From positions 1 to 64,000 of the forward strand of contig CAWGVS010000005.1 of assembly GCA_963826115.1 (NCBI GenBank): a DNA stretch of 64,000 nt, in the 5' to 3' direction. Every line of letters starts with the position of its first letter. The stretch's first letter is position 1. Below, one piece after another: positions 48,021 through 57,495 of the stretch. Below the pieces are notes generated by a model. It did no database searches and had not been told where the DNA came from. It worked only from the letters and a program-made list of their open reading frames with translations. The position numbers and the translations under genes were made by a program. Source of the stretch: an uncultured Candidatus Rokubacteria bacterium. Lineage in GTDB: Bacteria; Methylomirabilota; Methylomirabilia; Rokubacteriales; DASRDR01.

Positions 48021-48911
48021 TCACGAGCGCTCGAGATCGCGCTCGGCGGCGAGATGCTCGCGAACCCCGACGATGTCGGCGATCTCCCCGGACGTCAGCG
48101 CGCGATCGGGCGGGAGCGGCCGGCCGGCGGCCATGTCGCCGAGCGCGTCGCGGAACGCCGCCGCCGCCGCGAGCACGAGCGCGATCCCGTACAGAGCGAC
48201 CTCGAAGCCGAGCGCGTGGACGCGCGCGGGGGCGAGGAACGCCCGACCCGGGTCGTCCACCTGGACGAGCTGCGGCGCGCCGGCGGCGGCGCGCACGCGC
48301 GCGAGCTCCCGCTCGTCGCGCGGGCCGGTGACGAACACGAGATCGGCGCCGAGATCCGTGAACGCGCTGGCGCGCCAGAGCGCTTCGTCGAGCCCGCTCG
48401 CCCGGCCGGCGGCGTTCCGCGCGTCGGTGCGCGCGATGATCAGGACGTCGGCGCCCGCCTCGCGGGCCCGGACCGCCGCCATCACGCGGCGCCGCGCGTC
48501 CTCGCGCGAGACCACGCCGCCGGGCGCGCCGAAGTCCCGCTTCGGCGACTCCTGGTCTTCCAGCATGAGGCACGCGGCCCCGGCCGCCGCGAACCCGCGC
48601 ACCGTGCGCTGCACGTTCTGGGCGCCGCCGAACCCGGTGTCCGCGTCGACGATCAGCGGGATCGAGGCCGCGGCGGCCACGTCGCGCACCTGCGCCGCCA
48701 TCTCGCCGTAGGAGAGGAGGCCGGCGTCGGGCGCGCCGAGCCGGGCGGCGGACACGGAGAAGCCGCTCAGGAACGCGGCGGGGAACCCGGCGCGGGCGAT
48801 CATGCGGAAGCCGAGCGCGTCGTAGCAGCTCGGCACGGTCAGGCCGCCGGCCGCGAGGCGCTCGCGGAGGCGGCCCGCGGGGCCGGTCGGGGGCGGACGA
48901 TCGGAGCTCAT
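48021..48911 (-). CDS. Isocitrate lyase/PEP mutase superfamily protein
   Basis: YDAL, LSGFSVSA, PDAGLL, VDADTGFG, EDQ..PKR, ARTDA, GADLVF. Confidence 0.9.
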   Translation of the reverse strand: MSSDRPPPTGPAGRLRERLAAGGLTVPSCYDALGFRMIARAGFPAAFLSGFSVSAARLGAPDAGLLSYGEMAAQVRDVAAAASIPLIVDADTGFGGAQNVQRTVRGFAAAGAACLMLEDQESPKRDFGAPGGVVSREDARRRVMAAVRAREAGADVLIIARTDARNAAGRASGLDEALWRASAFTDLGADLVFVTGPRDERELARVRAAAGAPQLVQVDDPGRAFLAPARVHALGFEVALYGIALVLAAAAAFRDALGDMAAGRPLPPDRALTSGEIADIVGVREHLAAERDLERS

Positions 48912-48933
48912 GGGCGGCGCGCGGCCTCGCGGC

Positions 48934-49884
48934 TCAGGCGACGGCGGGGATCACCTCGCGGGCGATCAGCTCGATGGCGGCCAGGTCGTCGATGTCGAGG
49001 AACTGGAGCATCACGCCGTGGACGCCGAGCGCCTGCCAGCGACGGAGATCGCGCACGACCTCGTCCACCGAGCCGTGGAGGAAGCTCTGGGCGCGCCACT
49101 CCGCCTCCGACTCGGGGACGCGCGGGAACCACTCGCGGCCCCGCGCGAGCCGCGCCGCCACCTCGGCGCGCGTCCGGCCGATCACGACGGGCGCCATGAG
49201 CGAGAGGCGGATCGTCGCCGGGTCCCGGCCCACGGCGCGGCAGTGGCCGGCGAGGACCTCGAGCTTTCGCGGGTACTCGTCGAAGGTCACGCGCGTCGCG
49301 TTCCACTCGTCGGCGAGCTCGGCGGCGACGCGCATCGTCCGCCGCTCGCCGCGTCCCCCGACGATCAGCCGCGCGCCGACCGGGAGTGGGAAGCTCCGGG
49401 CGTCGACCAGCGGGGAGTACGGCTGCTCGAGCGTCACCGGCGTGCCCCGCCAGAGCGCGCGGATCGCGCGCGTGCCCGCCTCGAAGCGGTCCATGCGCTC
49501 GCGCAGCGGCGGGAAGGGGATGCCGAACATCCGGTGCTCCATCTCGTTCCAGCCCGCGCCGATCCCGAGGTCGAAGCGCCCGCCCGCCAGCTCGTCGATG
49601 GCGGCGGCGCGCTTGGCCAGGAGCGCCGGCTGGTAGAACGTGAGCGGCGAGACGATCGGGCCGAAGCGGATGCGCCGGGTCGCGGTGGCGAGGTACGGGA
49701 GCGACGCCCACGTCTCCAGCGAAGGCCGCGACGAGTCGCCGAAGAGTCCCGTGAGGTGATCCGACCGGTAGAGCCCGTGGAACCCGCCGTCCTCGGCCGC
49801 CCGCGCGAGCCGCTGCCAGCGCGGCCAGGTGAGGCCCTCCTGGCCCTCGATCATCACGTTCAGCTCGAGCGTCTTCGCGGTCAT
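48934..49884 (-). CDS. LLM class, probably F420-dependent, oxidoreductase (TIGR03560-like)
   Basis: IEGQEGLTW, YRSDHL, VSPLTF, GGRFDLGIGAGWN..EH..FG, ADEWN. Confidence 0.88.
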   Translation of the reverse strand: MTAKTLELNVMIEGQEGLTWPRWQRLARAAEDGGFHGLYRSDHLTGLFGDSSRPSLETWASLPYLATATRRIRFGPIVSPLTFYQPALLAKRAAAIDELAGGRFDLGIGAGWNEMEHRMFGIPFPPLRERMDRFEAGTRAIRALWRGTPVTLEQPYSPLVDARSFPLPVGARLIVGGRGERRTMRVAAELADEWNATRVTFDEYPRKLEVLAGHCRAVGRDPATIRLSLMAPVVIGRTRAEVAARLARGREWFPRVPESEAEWRAQSFLHGSVDEVVRDLRRWQALGVHGVMLQFLDIDDLAAIELIAREVIPAVA

Positions 49885-49893
49885 TCCCCCTCC

Positions 49894-49926
49894 GTCAAAC
49901 TTCGGGGTCAGGCCTTAACTTTGATT
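49894..49926. repeat. Single REP-like palindromic unit
   Basis: GTCAAACTTCGGGGTCAGGCCTTAACTTTGATT, same family as the 15681 and 22124 units. Confidence 0.85.
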
Positions 49927-49943
49927 CGCCCGCCCGGCCCGCG

Positions 49944-50771
49944 TCACGCGCCCGGGAGGACCGCGCGCGTGGCCTCGAGCGCCTCGCGGGCCACGGTCAC
50001 GGGGTCGCGCGCCCAGGCGGCGGGATTCGGCGCCTCGTAGGAGCAGTGGCCGGCGTACCCGGATGCCTCGATCAGGCGGAAGAACTCCCGGAACGGCACG
50101 ATGCCGCGCCCCGGCGGCAGGCGATTCGCCGTCTGGCCGGGCTCGAGCCCCGTCGCCGGCACGTCGCTGTACTGGACGTAGGCGATCTCGCCCGGCCCGA
50201 GGTCCTCGACCGCGCGGAGGCCGCCGCCGCCCCGGTGGAGGTGGTAGGCGTCGACGAGCAGGCCGCACGACGGGTGCCCCGCGCGGGCGATCAGCTCGCG
50301 GAGCCGGTCGAGCGTGTTGAGCTGCGCGGCCTGCGACGGCGCCTCGAGCGCGATCCGGATCCCGTGGGCGGCCCCGATGTCGCCGACCTCGCGGACGGCC
50401 GCCGCCGCGCGCGCGAGGTCGCCGGTCCCCATGTCGGCCGGGCTCATGACGGTCGGCGCGCCGAGCGCCTTGGCCCACCGGCAGGACTCGGTCATCGCCG
50501 CGACGAGCCGCGCCCGCTCCGCGCCGTCCGAGAACATCCAGCCGAGCTGGCCGCCGACGCACGCGACCGTGAGGCCGCTCGCCCGCACGAGGTCCAGGAC
50601 CGACTCCGCCGTCTGCCCCGCCTCCGCGGCGCGCGCGAAGTCGATCCGCCGGAGCTCGACGGCTGCCCACCCCGCCGTCCGCGCGGCGCGGAGCGCCTCG
50701 GGCAGGGGCGTCGTGTCGAGGGTCCAGGTGTGAAGCGCGAGACGCTCGCGCAGGGCGAGGTTGGACCCCAC
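49944..50771 (-). CDS. Sugar phosphate isomerase/epimerase (xylose isomerase-like TIM barrel, IolI-like)
   Basis: GWAAVEL, IALE, LLVDAYHL, QYSD, RLPPGRG, GYAG.CSYE. Confidence 0.87.
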   Translation of the reverse strand: MGSNLALRERLALHTWTLDTTPLPEALRAARTAGWAAVELRRIDFARAAEAGQTAESVLDLVRASGLTVACVGGQLGWMFSDGAERARLVAAMTESCRWAKALGAPTVMSPADMGTGDLARAAAAVREVGDIGAAHGIRIALEAPSQAAQLNTLDRLRELIARAGHPSCGLLVDAYHLHRGGGGLRAVEDLGPGEIAYVQYSDVPATGLEPGQTANRLPPGRGIVPFREFFRLIEASGYAGHCSYEAPNPAAWARDPVTVAREALEATRAVLPGA

Positions 50772-50774
50772 CGC

Positions 50775-51770
50775 TCAGCTGCCCTTCCGATGCTGGAGCG
50801 CCTCGGGGTTCACGACGTGGAGCCGCTCGCCCTTCAGATGCGCGGCGATCGTCGCGATGGCGATGTTCAGCATGTTGAGGCTCGCCTCGTGGGTGTTGTA
50901 GCCAATGTGGGGCGTGATCAGGGCGTTCGGCAGGTCGCGGAAGACGTGCGGGCCCGGCGGCACCGGCTCCTCGTCGTAGACGTCGAGCGCCGCGCCCGCG
51001 ATCCGCTTCTGGCGCAGGAGGTCGGCCAGCGCCTGGTTGTCGACGATCTTGGCGCGGGCGGTGTTCACGAAGTAGGCCTCGGGCTTCATCCGCGACAGGA
51101 GCGCCCGCGACACCAGGTGCTCCGTCTCCGGGCGGAGCGAGAGGTGGATCGAGACCACGTCGGCGCGGCTGAAGACCTCCTCGAGCGGGACCAGAGCGAG
51201 GCCGTGCTTCGCCCGGTCCGGCGTCGCGTGCCGGGTCCAGCCCACGAGCTTCATCCCGATGCCCGCGCCCAGCCGCGCCGTCTCCTGGCCGATCGGGCCG
51301 AGGCCGACGAGCCCGAGAGTCTTGCCCCGGAGCTCCGTGCCCTGGAACTTCCCCGGCTCCCAGCGCCCCTCCTTGAGGGAGACGTAGGAGGTCGCGATGT
51401 GGCGCGTGAGCGCGAGGATCATGCCGAGGCAGTGCTCGGCGACCGACGTCGCGCCGTAGTCGGGCGTGTTGCTGACCACGATGCCGCGGCGGTTGGCGGC
51501 CTCGATGTCGATGCAGCTCGCGTAGCCGATCCCCAGGAACGCCACGAACTTCAATCGCGGGCACTGCGCCAGGACCTCGTCGTCCATCAGCGTGTAGTCG
51601 AGGACGACGACGTCGGCGTCCTTGACGCGCGAGATGAAGTCGGCCCGGTCGCGCGGGTGCCCGGGAGAGACGACGAGCTCGCCCAGCCGGCGGAGCGGAT
51701 CGAGGTGCTCGGGCTTCTGGACGAACTCGGCTCCCTCGGGGATCACGATGCGCACGGGTTGGCTCCTCAT
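50775..51770 (-). CDS. D-isomer specific 2-hydroxyacid dehydrogenase
   Basis: NTPDYG..SVAEH, GLVGLGPIG, NTAR, LDVYDEEP, TPHIG. Confidence 0.92.
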   Translation of the reverse strand: MRSQPVRIVIPEGAEFVQKPEHLDPLRRLGELVVSPGHPRDRADFISRVKDADVVVLDYTLMDDEVLAQCPRLKFVAFLGIGYASCIDIEAANRRGIVVSNTPDYGATSVAEHCLGMILALTRHIATSYVSLKEGRWEPGKFQGTELRGKTLGLVGLGPIGQETARLGAGIGMKLVGWTRHATPDRAKHGLALVPLEEVFSRADVVSIHLSLRPETEHLVSRALLSRMKPEAYFVNTARAKIVDNQALADLLRQKRIAGAALDVYDEEPVPPGPHVFRDLPNALITPHIGYNTHEASLNMLNIAIATIAAHLKGERLHVVNPEALQHRKGS

Positions 51771-51789
51771 GGCTCGGGGAACGGCGGGG

Positions 51790-52329
51790 TCACGGCGCGG
51801 GCTGGGAGAAGCGCTGGGCGTTCCCCATGTGCGGCCAGACGTAGGCCTGGACGTTCGCCAGGATCTGGCGCAGGTGGTTGCGGTCGTGGTGGACCCACTC
51901 GGCCAGGAGGTCCCCGATCGACAGCTGCCCGACCTGGGGATGGCGGCCGGATCGCGCGAGATCGCCGGGCTGGAGCCCGTCGACCAGCATGGCGCTCGCC
52001 TCGCGGAGGCGGGTCCACTCCGCCAGGAGCGTGCCGGGGTCGCGCACGCAGTCCCGCCGCTCCCGCGCGACGCCGTCCGGGTCCCAGCGCTGGAGCTCGG
52101 GGTCCGTCTCGGCCAGGATCGTCCGGATCCGGCCCGCGAATCCCCGCTGCTCGGCCTCGATCAGGTGGCCGATGACCTCGAGGGCGCACCACTCTCCGGC
52201 CGCCGGATGCCAGCGCAGGATGACGGCCGGCAGCCCCGTGCACTCCACCCGCACGGCGAGGAGCGAGGCGCGGAGCGCGTTGGCGGTCTCGCGGGGGACC
52301 AGCGGGGGCACGATCTCGGCGTGCGTCAT
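51790..52329 (-). CDS. DinB family protein
   Basis: GEWCALEVIGHL, W..HDRNHLRQI. Confidence 0.87.
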   Translation of the reverse strand: MTHAEIVPPLVPRETANALRASLLAVRVECTGLPAVILRWHPAAGEWCALEVIGHLIEAEQRGFAGRIRTILAETDPELQRWDPDGVARERRDCVRDPGTLLAEWTRLREASAMLVDGLQPGDLARSGRHPQVGQLSIGDLLAEWVHHDRNHLRQILANVQAYVWPHMGNAQRFSQPAP

Positions 52330-52362
52330 CGCGTCATCGTAGCCCAGGTCAGGCAGGCCGCG

Positions 52363-53406
52363 TCAACCGCGCAGCAGGGAAGTCAGGAACTCGACGGCGC
52401 GGGGCTCCGCCCACGAGCGCGCGCGCCAGGGCCAGCGGCCCTGGAGGAATCCCGCGTGGCCGCCTCGCGCCGTGAACTCCGCGCGGACGTTCGCCGGGAG
52501 CCGCGCGGGATCCGGCAGGGTGCGGCCGGGAACGATCGGGTCGTCGTGGGCGCCGAGCAGGAGCGTGGGCCGACGGATCCGCTCGATGTAGGGGCCGCTC
52601 GACGAGGTGGTCCAGTAGTCCACCTCGTCGCGGAAGCCGTTGAGCGGCGCCGTGACCACCCGGTCGTAGCGGGCGAACGTCCGCGCCCCCCGCATCGCCG
52701 CCACGTCGACGAAGCCGGGATAGCGGCGCGCCTTCTCGACCACCTTCGACCTCATCGTCCGGAGGAAGTTGGCCGCGTACACGAGCCGGCGGAATCCGCG
52801 GTCGAGGACGCGCGCGCAGGCCGCCACGTCGAAGGGGACCGAGATCCCGACCGCCCCGAGGAGCTCCGCGGGCGCCTTCGCGCCAACCTCCCCGAGCCAC
52901 TTGAGGAGCACGTTCCCGCCGAGCGAGACGCCGACCGCGCCGATGGGCGTCCCGGGGGCGCGCCCGACGAGCGAGCGCATCACCCAGTCGAGGTCGCCGG
53001 TCTCGCCGGAGTGGTAGAAGCGGGGCAGGTCGTTCAGCACGCCGCTGCACGAGCGAAAGTTCAGCGCGACGCCGTGCCAGCCCGCCGCCCGCCCGGCCCG
53101 GAGGAGGCCGGAGACGTAGTGGGACCGCGACGAGCCCTCGAGCCCGTGCAGCACGAGGAGCCGCGGCGCGCCGTCGCCGAGCCCGTCGCCGTCGAGCCAG
53201 TCGAGGTGGACGAAGTCGCCGTCGGGCATCGTGAGCCGCTCCCGGCGGAGCGGCACCGAATCGCTGCGGAAGAGCGGGCCCCAGATCGTCTGCACGTGCC
53301 CGTTCCGGCCCCACCAGGGCGGGGAGAAGGCGCCGTCGCCCCCCGCGGGTCGCGCCGCGCGCGGGGCGGGCGGGGACGGGAGCGTGTCCGCGGGCCGGGC
53401 GGTCAC
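52363..53406 (-). CDS. YheT-like alpha/beta hydrolase
   Basis: NGHVQTI, DGDFVHLDW, HGLEGSS, FYHSGET, GVSLGG, DDP, GGHAGF. Confidence 0.92.
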   Translation of the reverse strand: MTARPADTLPSPPAPRAARPAGGDGAFSPPWWGRNGHVQTIWGPLFRSDSVPLRRERLTMPDGDFVHLDWLDGDGLGDGAPRLLVLHGLEGSSRSHYVSGLLRAGRAAGWHGVALNFRSCSGVLNDLPRFYHSGETGDLDWVMRSLVGRAPGTPIGAVGVSLGGNVLLKWLGEVGAKAPAELLGAVGISVPFDVAACARVLDRGFRRLVYAANFLRTMRSKVVEKARRYPGFVDVAAMRGARTFARYDRVVTAPLNGFRDEVDYWTTSSSGPYIERIRRPTLLLGAHDDPIVPGRTLPDPARLPANVRAEFTARGGHAGFLQGRWPWRARSWAEPRAVEFLTSLLRG

Positions 53407-53414
53407 GCGCGGCC

Positions 53415-53849
53415 TCAGAAGCCCGCGCGGGCGGGGCTCTCGATCAGGAGCACCGATTCCTGCTGGAACAAGCGGCGGTACGTGTCGCGGAGCGCCTGGA
53501 TGGCCGCTCGCGGCGCGGCTTCGGGCGGGTGGACGAGAAGCAGGATCTTCGTCGGCTCGGTCTGGACCTGCCCGTCCTTCATGCGGTACTGGCCGAGGGC
53601 GTCGAGCACGGTGAAGCCGTCGGGGAAGCGCGTCGCGATCTCGTCGGCCACGAAGGCCCGCCACTCCGCGTCGGTCACGACGCTGCCGTCGGGCTTCTGC
53701 CGCCCGAAGTAGAGCTCGCTCCGCACGAGGGCCTGCGTGTTCGGCGGGGGCGGCGGCGCCATGGCCCCGCCGCAGCCGGCGGCCGTGGCGAGGAGGAAGG
53801 CCGCCGCGAGCCCGCGGGCGCGGCGGCCGAGCGCGGCGCGTCCGATCAC
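53415..53849 (-). CDS. DUF3574-like lipoprotein
   Basis: Lipobox-like AAGC; ELYFG, EIATRFPDGFTVLDALGQY, FQQESVL. Confidence 0.85.
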   Translation of the reverse strand: MIGRAALGRRARGLAAAFLLATAAGCGGAMAPPPPPNTQALVRSELYFGRQKPDGSVVTDAEWRAFVADEIATRFPDGFTVLDALGQYRMKDGQVQTEPTKILLLVHPPEAAPRAAIQALRDTYRRLFQQESVLLIESPARAGF

Positions 53850-54964
53850 CGCGTGTAGCGCCCCACCGCGTCCCAGTTCAGCTTCACTCCGAGGCCGGGG
53901 CCCGTCGGCACCCTCAGCATCCCCTCGTCGTCCAGCTTGAACGGCGGGTCGAGAATCTCCTCGATGTACGGCACGCCGGTCTGGTACTCGATCCAGCGCG
54001 CGACCGGCAGCGCCGCGGTGAGCGCGAGATCGGCCGCCACCCCGATGCCCGTGTTCCAGCCGTGAGGGACCAGGAGCACGCCGTGGTCCTGCGCCATCCA
54101 GCCGATGCGGCGGCCCTCGCGAGAGCCCGCCGCACTTGGTCACGTCGGGCTGGATGACGTCGACCGCGCGCTCGGTGAGGAACGGCTGGAACGCCTGGCG
54201 GCGCGTCAGGACCTCGCCCGTGGCGACGAGGACCGGGGAGGTCTGCCGGAGCTCCTTGAAGCCTGTCACGTCGTCCGGGCGGAGCGCCTCCTCGAACCAC
54301 ACGATGCCGTAGTCGCCCAGCATCTTGGCGGTCTCGCGGGCCCAGGAGACGCCGTGCGGCCAGAACTGCTCGCTGCCGCCCGCGTCCACCATCAGCTCGA
54401 CGTCCTCGCCGACCGTCTCGCGCGCGGTCTTGATCAGGAGCTCGTCGAGCTTCCGGCTCACCCGGCCGAACGGGCGCCAGCCCATCTTGATCGCCCGGAA
54501 GCCGCGCGCGGTCTGCACGAGGAGCTTGTCCCGGAGGACCGGCGGGTCGTCGAAGAGGATCGACGCGTACGGCTTGATGCGGTCGCGGTAGTTGCCGCCG
54601 AGGAGCCGCGAGACGGGCTGGCCGAGCGCCTGCCCCTGGAGGTCCCAGAGCGCGATGTCGATGCCGCTGATGGTGTGCTCGACGGCGCCGCCGCGCCCCT
54701 GCCAGAAGGTCATCTGGCGGAGCTTTTCGGCCACGCGCTCGGCCTCGAGGCCCGTTTCCCCGATCAGCATCGGGTGGAGAAGCTGCGAGAGACGCCTCCA
54801 CCAGTGCCCGGCTCGTATAGCAGCTCCCGATCCCGGTGATGCCCTCGTCGGTCTTCGACCTCGAGGAGCGTGTTCTTCTGCTCGTCAGGATCGGTGCCGC
54901 CGGGCCATCCGTGGTCGTGGGTGGCGCCCGAGAGGGCGATCGTGCGGACCTCGGTGATCTTCAT
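53846..54964 (-). CDS. Mandelate racemase/muconate lactonizing enzyme family protein (frameshifts at ~54855, ~54790 and ~54120)
   Basis: ISGIDIALWDL.G, PVSRLLGG, YAS, KMG, MVDA, WFEE, TGE, QPDVTKCGG, PHGW, PTGPGLG. Confidence 0.9.
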
Positions 54965-55159
54965 CGGTCTCCTCGTGTCATGCTCGCGTCGCGGGCGGCG
55001 TCGAGGGCGGGGCGGCACGGCCCGACCGTCCGAAATGTTGCCACAGGCGAGGCCCGCCCGCCACGCGCCCGGCGACCGCCGGCCGTGGTACGCTGCCGGC
55101 GCGCCGGGGATGGGCCTCGGCGCCCGCGACGCGACACCGACGACAGGGGGACGACGGGC

Positions 55160-55645
55160 ATGGCCGATTCGAGACAGCTGCGCCGACTGGTGGCCTACAA
55201 CCAGTGGGCGGACGAGCGGATCCTCGCCGCGATCGACGGCCTCGCGGCCGACGAGCTCGAGAAGCCGCGCGAGGCGTACTTCCAGAACCTGTCCGCGAAC
55301 CTCCGCCACACGCTCATCGCCCAGCGCAACTGGCTCGCCCGGTGGCAGGGGCACCCGCGCGGCGACCAGACGATCGGCGCGTCCTGGCGCGACGCGTACG
55401 CCACGACGCACGCGGCCCTCCGCAACTTCGTCGGCGCGCTCTCGGACCACGACGGGGAGCGGATGTTGCGCTACACGGATCTCCAGGGGGTCGCGCGCGA
55501 GATGGTGCTGGCCGATGCGATCACCCACGTGGTGACCCACGGCACGGCCCACCGGGCGGAGACGGGCCTGCTCCTCGAGCGCCTCGGCCGGTCGCCGGGC
55601 GACCTCGACTTCTCGTACTACGTCCGCGAGTTCGAGTGGCGCTGA
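55160..55645 (+). CDS. DinB family protein
   Basis: YNQWADERI, LRHTL, HVVTHGTAHR, DLDF. Confidence 0.88.
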   Translation: MADSRQLRRLVAYNQWADERILAAIDGLAADELEKPREAYFQNLSANLRHTLIAQRNWLARWQGHPRGDQTIGASWRDAYATTHAALRNFVGALSDHDGERMLRYTDLQGVAREMVLADAITHVVTHGTAHRAETGLLLERLGRSPGDLDFSYYVREFEWR

Positions 55646-55663
55646 GGGCTGCCGGGCGGCCCG

Positions 55664-57082
55664 TCAGCCGGCGGCGATCCGGAGCAGGACCCAGTCCCGT
55701 CCTTCCAGGACGACCTCCGTCGCCGCGCCCGCGGCCGCGACCTCGCCGAGCCGCTTCCGCGTGACGAGAAGGAGGTGCCCGCCGTGGCGCCGGGCGGCGT
55801 CGAGGGCCTCGGCGGCCGAGGGGCTCGAGGGCGCCTGCACCCGCTCCGTGTAGTAAAGGAGCGGGTTCGCGGTGGCCCAGTAGTGGTTCCCGAGATACGG
55901 CACCGGCTCGCCCGGCGGCGCCAGCTCCCTGATCGTTCCCGCGTTGCGCTTGAAGGCGGCGTTCGGGTCGCGCGTGAGGAGCGACGGGTGCACCCAGAAG
56001 ACGAGCGCGACGGCGACCGCCGCCGCCGGGACGATCACCGACGCGAGGAGCGCCGTCACGCGCGGGACGAGCGTCACGAGCGCGTGGCCGGCCGCGAGCG
56101 CGAGCGCGGGCAGGATCGGGAAGATGAAGCGCGGGGTCCGGAACGACCCCAGGCTGTAGAGCGCCACCGGCAGCACGATCCACGCGGCCAGGACGAGGCC
56201 CGGCCCGCGGAGCGGCCCGGGCCGCCGGAGCAGGAGCCAGAGCCCGGCGAGCGCGGGCAGGATGACCGGCTGGTAGAACTTCAGCAGGATCAGCGGATAG
56301 GCCCGCACGACGCCGAGCCCGAACGACCGCATGGACCGTCGGGCCACGTGGGCGAGGAGGTGGGACGCCACGGCGTTCGGCCCCTGCGTCCACCACTGGT
56401 GGGCGAGCCACGAGGCGCCGAGCGCGAGCCCGAGCGCGAGCCCGATCCACACCCACGGCCGCCGGAGCGGCGCGCGCAGCTCCTCGCTGGCCAGGACTCC
56501 CGCGAGGGCGAGAAGCGGCATCAGGCCGAGCACGCTCTTCGTCAGGATGGCGGCGCCGAGCGGCACGGCGATGAGGACCTGCCAGCGGGGGCGTCCGCGC
56601 GCCTCGAGGTACACCCACACGGTGGCGGCGATCCAGAAGGTGAGCGGGACCTCCATCATCAGGCGGCGCGCGTTGTCGACGAAGATCGGCGTCGCGAGGA
56701 GGCACGCGACTCCGGCGACCGCGGCCGATCGCCCCAGGGTCAGCGCTCCGATCCGGAAGGTGAGGAGGAGCGTCCCGAGGGCGAGCAGCACCGTCGGGAG
56801 CCGCGCCGCGAGGTCCCGCTCTCCGAGCGCGTCGAAGGTGCGGGCGACCAGCCACAGGTGGAGCGGCGGGTGCTGGTGGGTCGGGAGGCCGTTCCAGGTG
56901 ACCGTGTAGACGCGGCCGCTCCGCGCCATCTCCACGGCCTCGCGCCCGTAGAACGCGTCCTCCAGCGAGGGGAGGCTCAGGCTGTCGATGCGGGCCGTGA
57001 AGAGGACCAGCGCGGCGAGGAGCAGGACGGCGAGGGTCCGCGGCCGCTCGAGCGCGGCAACGGGCGTCGCCCCGCCGGACAT
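55664..57082 (-). CDS. ArnT/PMT-like GT-C glycosyltransferase
   Basis: EDAFYGREAVEM, QHPPLHLW, AARLP, LTKSVLG, RFIFPILPALAL. Confidence 0.87.
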   Translation of the reverse strand: MSGGATPVAALERPRTLAVLLLAALVLFTARIDSLSLPSLEDAFYGREAVEMARSGRVYTVTWNGLPTHQHPPLHLWLVARTFDALGERDLAARLPTVLLALGTLLLTFRIGALTLGRSAAVAGVACLLATPIFVDNARRLMMEVPLTFWIAATVWVYLEARGRPRWQVLIAVPLGAAILTKSVLGLMPLLALAGVLASEELRAPLRRPWVWIGLALGLALGASWLAHQWWTQGPNAVASHLLAHVARRSMRSFGLGVVRAYPLILLKFYQPVILPALAGLWLLLRRPGPLRGPGLVLAAWIVLPVALYSLGSFRTPRFIFPILPALALAAGHALVTLVPRVTALLASVIVPAAAVAVALVFWVHPSLLTRDPNAAFKRNAGTIRELAPPGEPVPYLGNHYWATANPLLYYTERVQAPSSPSAAEALDAARRHGGHLLLVTRKRLGEVAAAGAATEVVLEGRDWVLLRIAAG

Positions 57083-57138
57083 CCCGCCGCCGCTCGCCGT
57101 CTCGGAGTTCACCGGCTCGAGGGGCCCCTGCGGGCGCG

Positions 57139-57495
57139 TCAGTGGTGCCGGGACACCGGCCGCCAGACCGTCCGGTCGAGCTCGCGGTCGGCGCGGACCA
57201 GGCTGACCGCGAACTCGCGCTCGGTCGGGGCGATGTGGACCAGCGGGATCGTCACGAGGGTCCCGCCGACGGCCGGGGTGCCGATTCCCACGGGCTGCGC
57301 GCCGGCCACGCGGACGTCTCCGGCGTCGTCGCGGAGGAGGCACTGGACGCGATCGGACGGGAGCGCTCCCGCCACCGTGACCTCGACCTCGGGGACGGCG
57401 AGGTCGTGGACCTCCGACCGGACGATCTCCTGGGCCGCCGCGGGCGCGGCGGCGAGGAGCGCGACGAGGATCGCCCCCGCGGCGAACCTCGTCAC
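57139..57495 (-). CDS. Small secreted hypothetical protein
   Basis: Signal peptide RFAAGAILVALLAAAPAAA-Q, beta-rich mature part; GTGA overlap with the upstream gene. Confidence 0.7.
   Translation of the reverse strand: MTRFAAGAILVALLAAAPAAAQEIVRSEVHDLAVPEVEVTVAGALPSDRVQCLLRDDAGDVRVAGAQPVGIGTPAVGGTLVTIPLVHIAPTEREFAVSLVRADRELDRTVWRPVSRHH

Noticed and set aside
53415-54770. Mandelate racemase-DUF3574 fusion (451 aa)
   Set aside because: A frameshift at ~54120 explains it; the true racemase C-terminus is in ORF 53846-54097 and DUF3574 starts at a GTGA overlap.
62-54964. Programmed frameshifting, phase variation or mass pseudogenisation
   Set aside because: Single-base indels are scattered over unrelated genes without slippery sites, simple-sequence tracts or nonsense decay; assembly error is more parsimonious, pending a read check.
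54965-55159. Riboswitch or ncRNA in the longer intergenic gaps (also 7175-7335, 32084-32254)
   Set aside because: No recognisable conserved RNA motif; GC-rich pairing is expected by chance. An Rfam scan would be needed to exclude it.
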